From the NCBI RefSeq assembly GCF_006345805.1, contig NC_043004.1, positions 7,254,001-7,318,000 on the forward strand: a DNA stretch of 64,000 nt, given 5' to 3'. Both the position numbers and the translations under genes were made by a program. The stretch is from Octopus sinensis (lineage: Eukaryota). The notes under the pieces were generated by a model. It was not told the DNA's origin. It did no database searches and worked only from the letters and a program-made list of their open reading frames with translations. Shown here in pieces: positions 1-13,397 of this stretch. The number at the start of each line of letters is the position of its first letter. Position 1 is the first letter of the stretch.

Positions 1-300
1 CGTAAGTATAGAAAAACTACCCTCAAAGTGGTCATGTCAAAATTGCGACAGAACTTTCTTTCTAACGTATGTATATAGTTTCGAACTTAATTACTAACCA
101 ATCACTACCTGAAAGATCTCATGTCAAACACTTTTAGCAGAGACGGAGTGAAGGACCAATATCAAAAACAAATGAATGCACACTGTCTACAACATGCATT
201 AAGTCACCATGCTTTCGTTTGATAATCCAAAGAGTATATACATACACGCACACACACACACACACACCACACACACACACACACACAAACACATACACAC

Positions 301-386
<86 letters not shown>

Positions 387-394
<8 letters not shown>

Positions 395-567
395 ATTAGG
401 GCTTAGTAAAATAAATTACTTTGCCACATACTATGTGGCAAAGTAATTTATTTTACTAAGCCCTAATTATATAATGTAATATTTTGAATTCGCCTTAAAT
501 GGTCCTTTTACATACTGAATACTTGGTGAATTGATTAATAACTAATTAATTTTACCCTCAATTGTTG

Positions 568-570
<3 letters not shown>
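387..570. repeat. TA-flanked interspersed repeat with a perfect 44-bp fold-back palindrome (387-475)
   Basis: Arms 387-430 and 432-475 are exact reverse complements. (TA)n on both sides. Confidence 0.8.
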
Positions 571-628
<58 letters not shown>

Positions 629-889
629 CCATCTATCCATTCTTACATACATACATGCATACATGGAACTACCAAAGTATGTGAAAATTTCCAAAAGTTT
701 AGCTTATAAGAACATATGCACATATTTAGACGTACAGCTGTATAAGTATGCATACATAAAACTGAACAGACTTCCACATACACTGGCTCCAAATACTTGC
801 ACATGCATGAATGCATGCATGCATACATACATACATACATACATACATACAGAGCATGCATACATACATACGTGGATATATATATACTG

Positions 890-990
890 TTGATGTTGAA
901 ATTCCGATGAAGAATCTTTGGATCTAGATTAGAAACCAGCTCTTTCTCCGTTGCTAAGAAATCTAGAAATAAACCTCAATAGTAACACAT
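890..990 (+). repeat. Short interspersed repeat, second copy at about 34800-34915 on the minus strand
   Basis: Shared gttgaaattcc(g/a)atgaag...ttagaaacc(a/g)gctctttctc...aagaaat...aaataaa. Confidence 0.65.
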
Positions 991-1619
991 ATACACGCAA
1001 TTATACATACATGCGCACACATAGTTAAAGGGTGTTTAAAACAAACACACCGAATATCAACTGATGAAAGCGCTCACTGCACGGGCAGGATCAGTTATCA
1101 ATAATTTACTGAGAGTGATTTGGAAACCTCGCCAGTGGCTGGACTCTGCTGGTGACATTTATATAGTTAGGTCTTTCTATGATGGGTTGGTGACGTATGT
1201 AATAGGAATAAACCATTCTGTTACTGAAATATAGGAATTAGGTTTGGTAAAGAAGATTTGTTTTTGCTTTGGTATGAAGGAATATATGCATGGTGAAATT
1301 AAGAGATATAGACGATGAAAGGGAAGAAAAGACGATGAAACCCAAGAAGACTAAGACGAGGAAGTCTTTCTTTTTTCTCTTTTTTTTACTCTTATTTTTC
1401 CTTATTCTTCTTTTCCTCTTTCTGCTCCTTCGCTTTTATTCCCTTCTTTATATTTTTCTTTAACTAATTTGTAATCCTTCAAACTAAAGAAACTGTCAGT
1501 CTTCTTTACCGAACCCTTCAATTCCAATAGTTCAATAGGAGAATTGCAAATCCAAATTCAAAGACCTAATCATATATACGGCACTAGCAGAGTACATTAC
1601 ATTTTGCAATCCCCTGGAG

Positions 1620-1842
1620 AAAGGCGGCGAGCTGGCAGAACGTTAGCACGCCGGGCGAAACGCTTAGCGGTATTTCATCTGTCTTTACGTTCTGAGTTCA
1701 AATTCCACCGAGGTCGACTTTGCCTTTCATCCTTTCGAGGTCGATAAATTAAGTACCAGTTACGTACTGGGTGGATCTAATCGACTGGCCCCCTTACTAA
1801 AAATGTCGGGCATTTTTTTTTTGTGCCCAGAGTACAAAAGGA
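1620..1842 (+). mobile_element. tRNA-derived SINE, family A (octopus OK/OR-type), tail B
   Basis: Head ggcgagctggcagaacgttagcacgccgggcgaa, B-box-like gagttcaaattcc, body gtcgactttgcctttcatcc; more than 15 copies in the window. Confidence 0.85.
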
Positions 1843-2371
1843 TATAAACTACCGGAGAATCTTTGAAGTGACTATCAATACAATTATATATATACATATA
1901 CATACATACCTACCCACACAAACACACATACACACGTACGTACGTACGTATGTATGTATGCATGCATATATCTAAAATTGAGTGTTTTTGGACGAAAGAA
2001 TACTCAAGATTTCGCCTGTACGTTTACAGGGTTGACCTTGTGAACGAATAGGCGAAAATATATATCCTCGTTTGGATATACAAACAAGAGTAAAAGTATT
2101 CACTTTCATGGAGCAGATCATTTTTATTTGTTTGAAGTTGATTATTCACTTCGGCGTTACTCAGAGTTTCTCCTCATATGTAATCCTTTAGACAACAAAA
2201 ATCATCTTGTTATATCTATAAATATTGTATGTATGTATTGTAGAACAAGTAGGAAGATAAATTTTCTTCAACGCGTATATACTGAACAGTATATATATAT
2301 ATATAAAGGATAACATCTTTTTTTTAAAGCAGACACATTTTTCTGCTAAAAAAAAACCGGATTTTATCCTT

Positions 2372-2407
<36 letters not shown>

Positions 2408-2431
2408 ATATATATAATATATATATATATC

Positions 2432-2465
<34 letters not shown>

Positions 2466-2512
2466 ATATATGTATATATCTATATCTCTATCTCTATCTA
2501 TATCTATATCTA

Positions 2513-2566
<54 letters not shown>

Positions 2567-2575
2567 CACACACAC

Positions 2576-2611
<36 letters not shown>

Positions 2612-2620
2612 ATATATATA

Positions 2621-2956
2621 TACTAGCAGTCGCGTTGACAAAGGTCTTGACATAGTTTCAATCTTATTTGAAAAGTAAAAATTTTGCATTATGTAGCTTG
2701 TTATTCTCTTGAAGTGAACATTTTTCTGGTTGAAATTCATTTGACACAGCAGTCAAAAAATCGTAAAAATGGGGATTTTCATAGAAAAAAAAGCACCTTT
2801 TTGAGGTAAATAACTTTTTGGTCATAACATGGTCCGATTTGAATTTTATTTCTACGGAATGAAGAGCAAGCCTTCTTCTACCATACTCTCAATTTTGGTC
2901 AACTTGCGCTGCAGGGTCTCGAAGGAGATAGTGATAGTTGAAGGCTACCAAACCTG

Positions 2957-3000
<44 letters not shown>

Positions 3001-3060
3001 ACACACACACGCACATACACACACACACACACACAGAAACTTATATATATATATATATAT
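2621..3060 (+). mobile_element. Helitron/Helentron-type non-autonomous element
   Basis: Starts tactagcag after (TA)n, has an internal (CA)n near its 3' end and ends agaaacttatatata, which fits HINE/DINE-1-like architecture. Family assignment is from pattern only. Confidence 0.45.
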
Positions 3061-3151
3061 ATAATAATTATTTGAGGGAATATTATTCCTAACTTACATG
3101 GAAAAATTCAATTTAGAAATACTAAATCAAATTTCACAAAATATAATATAT

Positions 3152-3194
<43 letters not shown>

Positions 3195-3201
<7 letters not shown>

Positions 3202-3495
3202 GAAAAAAAACACCTTTTATCAATTCAAAATGAACAATTAGAAAATTACATATAATAGAAATATTAAAATTAAAATAACAATAATATACCGATGATTAAG
3301 TAAATGCAAAAATAATAATAAAAACGTATATATTTGGTATATTCTACCAAATATACATTTTTATTATTGTTTTGCAATTTACTTAATCATCCGGTATATT
3401 ATTGTTATTTTAATTTTAATATTTCTATTATATGTAATTTTCTAGATGGTGTAATTTAATTGTTCATTTTGAATTGATAAAAGGTGTTTTTTTTC

Positions 3496-3500
<5 letters not shown>
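3195..3500. mobile_element. Palindromic fold-back element embedded in (TA)n
   Basis: About 145-bp inverted arms (aattagaaaaaaaacaccttttatcaattcaaaatgaacaatta and its reverse complement) centred on ttggtatattctaccaa. Confidence 0.75.
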
Positions 3501-3527
<27 letters not shown>

Positions 3528-3715
3528 CTGTTCAGTATCTACGCGTTGAATAAAATTTATCTTTCTACTTGTTCTGCAATACATTTCAACGCTTCGAAAA
3601 ACAAACTTGTTTGCTTACATACGATGTAACGTATGTATGTATGTATGTATGTATGTATGTATGTATGTATGTATGTATGTATGTATGTATGTATGTATGT
3701 ATGTATGTGTATGTA

Positions 3716-3764
<49 letters not shown>

Positions 3765-3834
3765 CGGTAGATGAATGTTTATTTCTAGTGGGTGAATGGC
3801 CTATTATGGCCGTTCCTAATTGTTAATATATTAT

Positions 3835-3882
<48 letters not shown>

Positions 3883-4657
3883 ATTATAATTTCTGATGTT
3901 TGCAACAGTCATGCTGGTATATAAAATTTTCGAAGTAGCTATGAATTTTATGTTATTGCTTTTTCCCCATCTATTGATTGTATAGAAAAAATGTTACATA
4001 CACTGTAGAATTTGAAATATTATTTCATTGAATGAAGATTGTTGTAGTAGTTATTAGATGTACTTTGCTAAAGAATTTTAAAGAAACATGTTTTCAATTT
4101 TCTACTTGATATTTATTCTTTAAGTATTTATTTTTTATGGTAGTATTAATCAAAAATTTTCAGGTCTAATTCTAGTTCTTTGATGTAAAATTGCTATTTT
4201 GTTGGAACTGTGTTTTGCTTTGCTTAATTTCAGTGAAGAGCATTATTTCAAAAAGCTGTCTAAATTTGTGTAAAATTTATTCACTGACCGTTTTTCACAT
4301 TGTTTGTGCAATGTCTGACTACAAATATAATTTTCATTCATAGAGAAAATTGATATATTACAGGCCTTTTCTGTGTGGTGGATGCTTTGCACTGTGTTTC
4401 AATAACACAGCGAAGAAATACGTAAGTTGTGGACCGTACAGCCCTCCGCCATGGGTGAGTTCATTTTTGATATACTCTTCTTTTTTACTTGTCTTTTTCT
4501 GTTTTAAAATTAATATGTGGAATATTTTATTTAATTTTCTTTAGTTGCTGAAGATTGACACGTATGTACACATACCCGCTAAATGTGCATACCTGTATAT
4601 GTATTTATATGTGTATATATACATATCTATCTATATCTTCGTATATCTATCTTAGCG

Positions 4658-4915
4658 CCGGCGTGGCTGTGTGGTAAGAAGTCTGCTTCCCAACTACCTT
4701 AGGCAAGTGTATTCTACTATAGTCTCGGGTCGATCAAAGCTTTGTGAGCGAATTTGGTAGACGGAAACTGAAAGAAGCCTGTCGTATGTATGTATGCATG
4801 TATGTATGTGTGTATGTATGTATGTATGTGTATGTCTTTGTATTTGTGTTTGTTCCCTCACCACTGCTTGACAACCGGTGATGGTGTGTTTGCGTCCCGT
4901 AACTTAGCGGTCCGG
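4658..4915 (+). mobile_element. tRNA-derived CORE-like SINE, family B (5' part)
   Basis: ggctgtgtggtaag head, ttgggcaagtgt-type CORE-like segment, internal TATG/TG microsatellite. Confidence 0.8.
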
Positions 4916-5455
4916 TAAATTGAAATATCAAGGAAACTTTCTTTCTCTTCAGAGCTAAGAAAATTTTCCCTGGGCGAGTTTTAATGCTCTACAAGAACGC
5001 AATTAAGCCTCAATAGAAAATTCTTTTTTTCGGATGAGTGGAACCTAAACACGGTCACCCGACTTACTAAAACAGCAGCAGAATCTCCCTTAAATCACAC
5101 TCTACTCGCTTTAAAAATGAAAGGGCACATTGGGAAATGTAGTTATAAATACCGTATTTGATAGTATAAAAAAGAGCATGGGCATATTAGACTCACTCTA
5201 ATTTAAGCAGTACATATTTAGGAAAAAACAGTTTTTAGAGCAGCAACACATGTAATATTGGCCTAACTTCACATCGCGTATAGAACCAGGCTGATTTTTG
5301 AGACTGTTTTTTTTTTTTTCGAAAATATATAAATACGGTAATTGTAAAGTCTTAATGATAATAAAAAAAGAAGAAAGAAAAAGAAAACAAGAAAGACAAT
5401 AGTGATTTAAGCACCTTTAATTTTAAATCTTAATCGAAGCTGTGATTTTCTAAAA

Positions 5456-6156
5456 CAGTGGTCCTTAAGCATATTTTTCGCTTATGGACCTCTTTGATTC
5501 CTATTTAACTCTACTGGACTCCCATATTCCCATATTACAAAAATGACAAAAAACCCAAGAAAAACAAAAAGATACTATTATATTTTTATAATTACTTATT
5601 TTTAGGAATTACTCTTTTTACTCTTTTACTTGTTTCAGTCATTTGACTACGGCCATGCTGAAGCACCGCCTTTAGTCGAGTAAATCAGCCCTAGGACTTA
5701 TTCTTTGGAAGCCTAGTACTTATTATATCGGTCTCTTTTGCCGAACAGCTAAGTTACGGGGACGTAAGCACACCACCATCGGTTGTCAAGCGATGTTGGG
5801 CGGGGGGGGGGGGCAAATACAGACACTCAAACATATACACACACACACATATATTTACATATATATGACGGGCTTCTTTCAGTTTCCGTCTACCAAATCC
5901 ACTCTCAAGGCTTTGGTCGGCCCGAGGCTATAGTAGAAGACACTTGCCCAAGGTGCCATGCAGCGGGAATGAACCCGGAACCATGTGGTTGGAAAGCAAG
6001 CTAGTTACCACTCAGACACTCCTGCGCTTACTATTGTATAAACAATTAAAAAAAAAATATTTTGTGTATTGTAGAAGCGTAACCAGTTTATTGCAGATAA
6101 ATTTTAACAACAGAATTTTATATGAACCCCCAAGGGACCCGGTTTAAGAACCACTG
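5456..6156. mobile_element. hAT (Charlie-like) MITE with a nested family B SINE (about 5622-6028, minus strand)
   Basis: Terminal inverted repeats cagtggtccttaa / ttaagaaccactg. 8-bp flanks ttctaaaa and atctcaaa match at 6/8 (degenerate TSD). Confidence 0.65.
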
Positions 6157-6660
6157 ATCTCAAACAATATTCCGTATTGAACTTCAAAAGAAGCTCATTT
6201 GCTTCAGTGCTACGCTGTCCCCAAAGAGATAACCGATGATATAGTTGACAATGTAATTTATTTAATATATATATTTTAGAGCAGTGATGCACTAACTCTA
6301 TTAGCAGCAGTTCATTTTTTTTTATTTCCCATGAAGGGACATAACTCTATTAGTAGCAGTTCATTTACGAGAATAGTCATTTGTTAAATTTTTTAATGGT
6401 TTGATATCTATTTGTTGCTTTTTAATACAATTGGATTTTAAAAAATAATATTTCTCTCTCTCTTTTTTAAACCTTTCTTTATTACCAGCTTCTTGAAAAA
6501 GTCCAGCCGTGATCTCCAATGGTTCTTAAGCGAAAACATCAAGAAAAACCAATTCACCACAGACACACTCTTAACCCCTTACACACACACTTACACACAA
6601 CTATACTCACATACAACTATATATACACGTAACCCTGCGCACTAACTTTCATGTAGAAAA

Positions 6661-6711
<51 letters not shown>

Positions 6712-6754
6712 ACGCACAAATGCTCTCATTATACATGCACGTCTTTTTATTTCT

Positions 6755-7150
6755 TATTTGTTTCAGTCATTAGACTGCGGCCATGCTGGAATTTTAGTCG
6801 AATGAATCGGCTGCAGAACTTTTATTAAATCTGGTACTTATTTTATCGGACTCTTTTGTCGAACCGCTAAGGTTATTGGAGCTAAGTTACTGACACAAGC
6901 ACCTGTTCTCAAGCGATGGTGGGGAGCAAGCAGATACACACACACACACGCACGCACACACACACACACACACACACATATATTTACATATATATGACGG
7001 GCTTCTTTCAGTTTCCACATCCACCATAAGGCTTTGATCAGCCGAAGCTATAGCAGAGGACACTTACCCAAGGCGCCACGCTGTGGAACTGAACTCGGAA
7101 CCATGTGATTGGGAAGCAAGCTTCTTACCACACAGCCACTCCTACGCCTA
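6755..7150 (-). mobile_element. SINE family B
   Basis: Reverse complement of the family B head, CORE-like region and tail; its head half is duplicated at about 7735-7895. Confidence 0.8.
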
Positions 7151-7256
7151 TCTGTATATGCTTGGAAAGACGCGCATTAATTTTCATGTACAAGACATCT
7201 AAACTAAAATAGTAACACACAAACACATATATACACAAACACGTATATACACAAAC

Positions 7257-7297
<41 letters not shown>

Positions 7298-8460
7298 TAC
7301 TCTTGTACATACGTATAAACACATACACAGCAACACACACACGTGCAAATACCTACACACACACACGCACACATACACAGAAACACAAACGTACTCTTGC
7401 TCATACGCATAAACATATACATAGCAATACACACACACACACGCACGCACACACACACACGCACGCACACACACACACGCACGCACACACACACACACAA
7501 ACGTACTCTTGCACATGCGCATAAACACATACATAGCAATACACACGCGTGGGAATACCTACACACACACACACACACATACACACATAGATACAAACGT
7601 ACTCTTGCACATGCGCATAAACACATACATAGCAATACACTCACGTGCAAATACCTGCACACACACACACACACACACACCACACACACACACACACACA
7701 CACCACCCACACAGACATACACATGCACACATATATACGATGGGCTTCTTTCAGTTTCCACATCCACCCATAAGGCTTTGATCAGCCCGAAGCTATAGCA
7801 GAGGACACTTACCCAAGGCGCCACGCTGTGGAACTGAACTCGGAACCATGTGATTGGGAAGCAAGCTTCTTACCACACAGCCACTCCTACGCCTATCTGT
7901 ATATGCTTGGAAAGACGCGCATTAATTTTCATGTACAAGACATCTAAACTAAAATAGTAACACACAAACACATATATACACAAACACGTATATACACAAA
8001 CACATATATACACACACACACACACAACACACACACACAAACGTACTCTTGTACATACGTATAAACACATACACAGCAATACACACACGTGCAAATACCT
8101 ACACACACACACGCACACATACACAGAAACACAAACGTACTCTTGCTCATACGCATAAACATATACATAGCAATACACACACACACACGCACGCACACAC
8201 ACACACGCACGCACACCACACACACGCACGCACACACACACACCACACAAACGTACTCTTGCACATGCGCATAAACACATACATAGCAATACACACGCGT
8301 GGGAATACCTACACACACACACACACACATACACACATAGATACAAACGTACTCTTGCACATGCGCATAAACACATACATAGCAATACACTCACGTGCAA
8401 ATACCTGCACACACACACACACACCACACACACACACACACACCACACACACCCATATAC
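6985..8460. repeat. Tandem duplication of about 745 bp containing a compound CA-rich minisatellite
   Basis: cacttaccca at 7061 and 7806; near-identical units; repeated motif acaaacgtactcttgcacatgcgcataaacacatac separated by (CA)n. Confidence 0.9.
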
Positions 8461-9143
8461 ACACGAAAAGATCCAGATCAATTTTTATGCACAAAACATC
8501 AAAATAATAACACAAAAACCGCACCAAAAATCTGATGCTCAGAGATTCGGTCGTATAAACTTATGAAGATAATGTAAACTGCAATTCAAACGGAATAAAT
8601 TATATTATTATGATTAGCTGAAACTCAGAAATGTTTATTTTTATGATTATAATTAAAAAAATAATTAAAAAAAAGTGAAAGTGGAAAAAGAAACATTGTC
8701 GTTATTTTGTTGTTGTTTTCTTGTTATTGCTCAAACTAAATACGAGAAAAGTTTTCTTTAATAATACCGTTACCAACGGAAGCCTTTGTTTTCACACTTT
8801 GAAGGTTTTTCTTTTCATAATAACAAAAAAAAAAAAAACAAAAACAAAAAAAAACCGTTAGAATAAGTCCAGCACTCACTTTCTTCCCATTAATCACACA
8901 TTTAATTCAATTCCACATTGACAATTCTTTTTATTCATATTTCATTATGATTTTTAACAATGATTCTGTTCCACGTATTATTCCAACTTTTTCTAGCTGC
9001 GATATTAGTAACTATTAGTTTCTGTATAACAAAGATCTGTTCTTTTGTCACTGTTTGAAAAGACTTACTTGGTGAATAGTGAAACTTTGAAGTCACAGAC
9101 ACTTAAAATATAAATATCTGTTTAATGCATTGAATTTTTTTTT

Positions 9144-9199
<56 letters not shown>

Positions 9200-9202
<3 letters not shown>

Positions 9203-9705
9203 GGCTACCGTTGGTTTCGTGTAAGAAGGAAAATATCTTAACAATTCTTCAAGCCGATCTCATGGAGGAATGATGTTCGTCCAAATAAAGAAACTTTATC
9301 CGCGAGGTAAGTTCATCTGGGACTCTCGAGAGGAAGAGAACGCGTTTTGATTTGAAAACACCTATATCCACTTTGTGTACATCCCTCAGGCTCTTTGAGA
9401 GAATATTAGAAAGCTGTGGGTCCCTGAAACCCAGGCTGTTGCAGTAACTGGTCCTGAAGCGCGATGGCATTACTGGGATCTTTGGTACTGTGCAGTGTTG
9501 ACCCGTTCTGACATCTGTGTAGTTTTCAATGCTAAAATTTGGCACAATCCCTTCGAGGATCTTCCAGATGTATATTACTGCATATCTCTCCCGCCTTTGC
9601 TCCTTCTCTCTGGTTCTGAAGGTTCTCAGGATGCAGCCAGCCCGCCGTCTGCCTTTGTCACCATCTTGGTAATGTGCAGTTGGAATGTATCACTCATGTC
9701 GATGT
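9200..9705 (-). pseudogene. CR1-superclade LINE 3' fragment (RT C-terminus, internally deleted)
   Basis: RRERYAVIYIWKILEGIVPNF...RTSYCNSLGFRDPQLSNILSKSLRD...VFK motifs typical of CR1/L2-like RT tails. Confidence 0.7.
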
Positions 9706-9800
9706 TATGGGTAATAAAGAAATAGGTATTTCGTCTGCCGTTACGTTCTGAGTTCAAATTCCGCCGAGGTCGACATTGCCTATTTAAGTACCGGATAAGA
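9706..9800 (+). mobile_element. SINE family A fragment (tail A joined to body)
   Basis: gggtaataaagaaata|ggtatttcgtctgccgttacgttctgagttcaaattcc. Confidence 0.75.
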
Positions 9801-10402
9801 GGTAGTTTACTGTACAAAAATATCAGTCGAGAGTCTTAGTTCAAGTGCGTCCATGTCACTGCTGATTAGTTACAGGCAAGCCTTAACATACTTAAGTTCA
9901 AAGGCGTACAAACCACGACTACTCCTATTTGTTTAAGGTTTGGTTATATCTACGTCTACAATATCCTGGATAGTGTAGTCCTTTCCTCTTGCCGTTACTT
10001 TGATAGTACCAGGCTAGTGTAAAGTGGCCTGTAAGTGCCAATCGAAGAGTCAACGAATTGTATTCTGTCACATGCATTGTTCAGTGTTCTTGACAACGAC
10101 GCTTTTCACATAACTGTAAATAGATAGTAGGGGAGGATAAAGCCACCCCCAGATCTGATCTAGTTCCATATAACTTTAAGTTTCATGAGCTCATAGGACG
10201 AACCAACTTCTAGCTATCTTATAAGATTGGCTCGTCCTACGAGCCACGAAACTTCTATGGCGCTGAGTAAGACTGTTATTAAATAATATATGTGACTCCA
10301 TGTATGTATGTATGTATGTATGTATGTATGTATGTATGTATGTATGTATGTATGTATGTATGTATGTATGTATGTATGTATGTATGTATGTATGTATGTA
10401 GC

Positions 10403-10678
10403 ATAGTGTACATTTAAACAAAAGAGAAAACTACTTTTAACAGGTAATTTTTACATGCTAGAAAAAGCAGTTAAAACGACCAAAACCACATTTAAGAGCA
10501 ATTTTCGAAATGAATGAAAAATAAAAAAACTTTTAACTTGTTATTTGTTTACGGTTATACCTAGGTTTCTGATTTCTTTAGCAAATAAAATAATTTGTGA
10601 GGCGAATCCACATCAGTAACCGTGCCATAACACTAACATATAACTTAGAGTTTTCTCTTGTGTTTAAATGTACACTAT
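10403..10678. mobile_element. TA-flanked MITE
   Basis: About 30-bp TIRs: atagtgtacatttaaaca(a/c)aagagaaaact and its reverse complement. Confidence 0.6.
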
Positions 10679-10929
10679 TTAATATTGAGAATATGTTGTC
10701 TCTTGACTTTTTATACATGCTAGGCCACTGGTAGTGAAATTTCTAAAAATATTCGCTAGCTACCCTATATATATATACACACACACATATATATATGGCT
10801 TAGCTGGCCGAAACTTCGAACTAACTGTCAGTATTATTCTTGTTAAAGAATAATAAGTTTGTTCTCTACAAAAGCATGGAGCAACCCTTCAGATTAATGT
10901 AAAATTGTCTTTATTTTAACTGAACATGA

Positions 10930-11137
10930 GGCAGCGAGCTGCTAGATCCGTTGCACGCCGGGCAAAATGCTTAACAGCATTTCGTCAGTCTTTATGGTCT
11001 GAGTTCAAATTCTACTGAGGCCGACTTTGAATTTCATCCTTTCGGGGTCGATAAAATAACTACCAGTTGAGCACTGGGGTCGATGTAATAGATTTCCCCT
11101 CCCCTAAAATTGTTGGCCTTGTTCCAAAATTTGAAAG
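10930..11137 (+). mobile_element. SINE family A
   Basis: Same head and body as the 1620 copy. Confidence 0.8.
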
Positions 11138-11352
11138 TAATACATATATATATACATACATACATTCATACATATCTGTCTATTCTTCCATCCGTCCCTC
11201 CGTCCCTCCGTCCATCCATCTCTCTCTCTTTATATAAATATATATATATTGATTTCAAAGTACCAACGTCTCATTGTGGCAGGCTTGATTTCTCCCACTA
11301 TTAAACCGTTGGTAGCCTTATTAACCCAGAAAAATGTATGTATCTATGTATG

Positions 11353-11396
<44 letters not shown>

Positions 11397-11588
11397 TCTA
11401 TCTATATATACATAATCTCCCATAAATCCACCCACACCCACACACATACACATACACATACACTCTCACTCACTCTCCCCCACACTTATTAATCGAGTCA
11501 GTCACTCCTGCGATGCTTCTTTACTTTCAAAGCGTGCGGATACAAAAAGTCCATCTATTATCGTTATTTTCTCCTTCAACCTGTGCAG

Positions 11589-11662
11589 ATCTTGAAATAA
11601 TCAATGAAGACGCAGATTTAATATATTTTAAAAGCTATGACATCATGCTTCATAGGAAAGTA
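11589..11662 (+). other. Possible exon of an unidentified gene
   Basis: Strong acceptor (ttttctccttcaacctgtgcag) and donor (gtaagt) around an open frame DLEIINEDADLIYFKSYDIMLHRKV. No recognisable homology. Confidence 0.3.
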
Positions 11663-12079
11663 GTAAGTACCTCATTGACATTTTGAGGAAACAGCTTCTG
11701 CTGTCGCCGTTGCAACTGTTTTTGCTGCTTATACGAGCTGAATCGTTCTCCATTGACTTGACATAACCGCCATTTTGTGTCCTGCCATGTATCTAACCCT
11801 ACCTTCTCTCACACATTTCATCACAATTCATTTATAGGCACACCATTTTTTTTTCTCTCTCCCATTTACACATTGAAGCCAAATGAGCAACAGTTGACGG
11901 TGACGAACACTTTGATTGACAGTTTCTGCAAATCTACCATTCTCTCTGACCTTTCACATCCGTCCTGGAAGGACACTTTTCTAAGATAAAGTTAAAAACG
12001 TAATGAAGTAATGAATATTAACGCCTGCTAACCACCACACGTACATACAGATGTACGCTCCCTTATGCAAACATACAGC

Positions 12080-12120
12080 CTATATATATATATATATTAT
12101 ATATATATAATATATATATA

Positions 12121-12164
<44 letters not shown>

Positions 12165-12169
12165 TAATA

Positions 12170-12211
<42 letters not shown>

Positions 12212-12212
12212 A

Positions 12213-12250
<38 letters not shown>

Positions 12251-12720
12251 ATATAAGATATATACATAGATACACATATATATGTACACACACACATATA
12301 TATATATACATATATATATATACATATATATATACATACACACACACATATAACCTGATACACATACATACTTGTGTTATTGCATGTGTATGTGTGTATA
12401 TACAGACACATATATATATATACATATATACATATACATTTACATATATATATACACATATATATGTATATGTATATATGTATATATATATATATATGTG
12501 TATATATATATATACATATATACATATATATATGTATATATGTATATACATATATATGTATGTATATATATATATGTGTATATATATATATACATATATA
12601 TACATTTTATATATGTATATATGTATATATATATATATATATAAATACACACTACACACATACACACACACACATATATATGTACACACACATATAAACC
12701 TGATACACATACATACTTGT
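12080..12720. repeat. Compound (TA)/(TATG)/(CA) microsatellite
   Basis: Visible directly; source of many Y/I/V/C-rich ORFs. Confidence 0.95.
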
Positions 12721-12937
12721 GTGTTTCCATGTGTATGTGTTGGCATTTTCACTTTATCACTTTTTCACTTTCAGAATCTTTATTTCCAGTCTCTACGAAC
12801 CATTAAAAAAGCCCAGCAAACTGTTCTTTCATCCGGTTGATTCCCATTAAGCAGTCGCAGTCACAACTTCAACACCACCTCCACCCCACCTACTACTACT
12901 ACTACTACTACTACTCTTTTACCTCTTCCTTCCTTAC

Positions 12938-12995
12938 CTCCTTCTTTTGCTGCTTCGCTTCTTTTTTCTTTCTCCTCCTCTTTCATCGTCACCAT
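12938..12995 (-). other. Possible exon of an unidentified gene
   Basis: On the minus strand, a pyrimidine tract plus cag, then 58 nt (MVTMKEEEKEKRSEAAKEG or DGDDERGGERKKKRSSKRR), then donor gtaagg. No homology recognised. Confidence 0.3.
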
Positions 12996-13397
12996 CTGCG
13001 ACAACAACCGGAGACAAAAAGAAACAGCCTCTGTTACAGTTCAATGTTAAAACCAGTTCCCTCTCTACAATAAAAATAAAATGGCGGCAGTAAGCCATCG
13101 CAACAACGACTAACAATTTGTGGGAGAAATGTCGTTAATCGAAAGGAAAAAAAAAAGACTTTAAAAAAGGTACAGCTGTTGCCCTCGAAGACTTTGTCTC
13201 TTTTGGAAACAAGGAGGAGGTGGGAACGATAGATACTTCTGGAAGCTTTTTTAGGCTTTGTCTCTTATTAAAAATTAACTTAAACATTAAAAAAAGAAGA
13301 AAAAAATATGATGAAATTGCTTTCTTCCACAATCACGAATACGACGACAATAATAATAACAACAACGATAGCTTCAACAATATTAGTAGATTTCAAA

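Noticed and set aside
1-7. Donor-like c|gtaagt at the very start of the window
   Set aside because: The upstream exon would lie outside the window and cannot be assessed.
900-960. Hammerhead-like ccGATGAag...GAAAccagctc (copy at 34860-34900) and CTGAAGA plus hairpin at about 56797-56826
   Set aside because: The core is incomplete or GAAA is missing, and stem I does not form. Would need a family consensus.
1040-1250. Possible solo LTR (TATA-like tttatatag, aataaa)
   Set aside because: No clear TG...CA ends, TSD or second copy.
4361-4456. Cys-containing frame with two good donors (gtaagt, gtgagt)
   Set aside because: No consistent partner exon or recognisable domain; could be chance in AT-rich DNA.
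6489-6560. Strong + strand acceptor followed by a short open frame, and a minus-strand donor at the same spot
   Set aside because: Ambiguous strand, no closing splice site and no homology.
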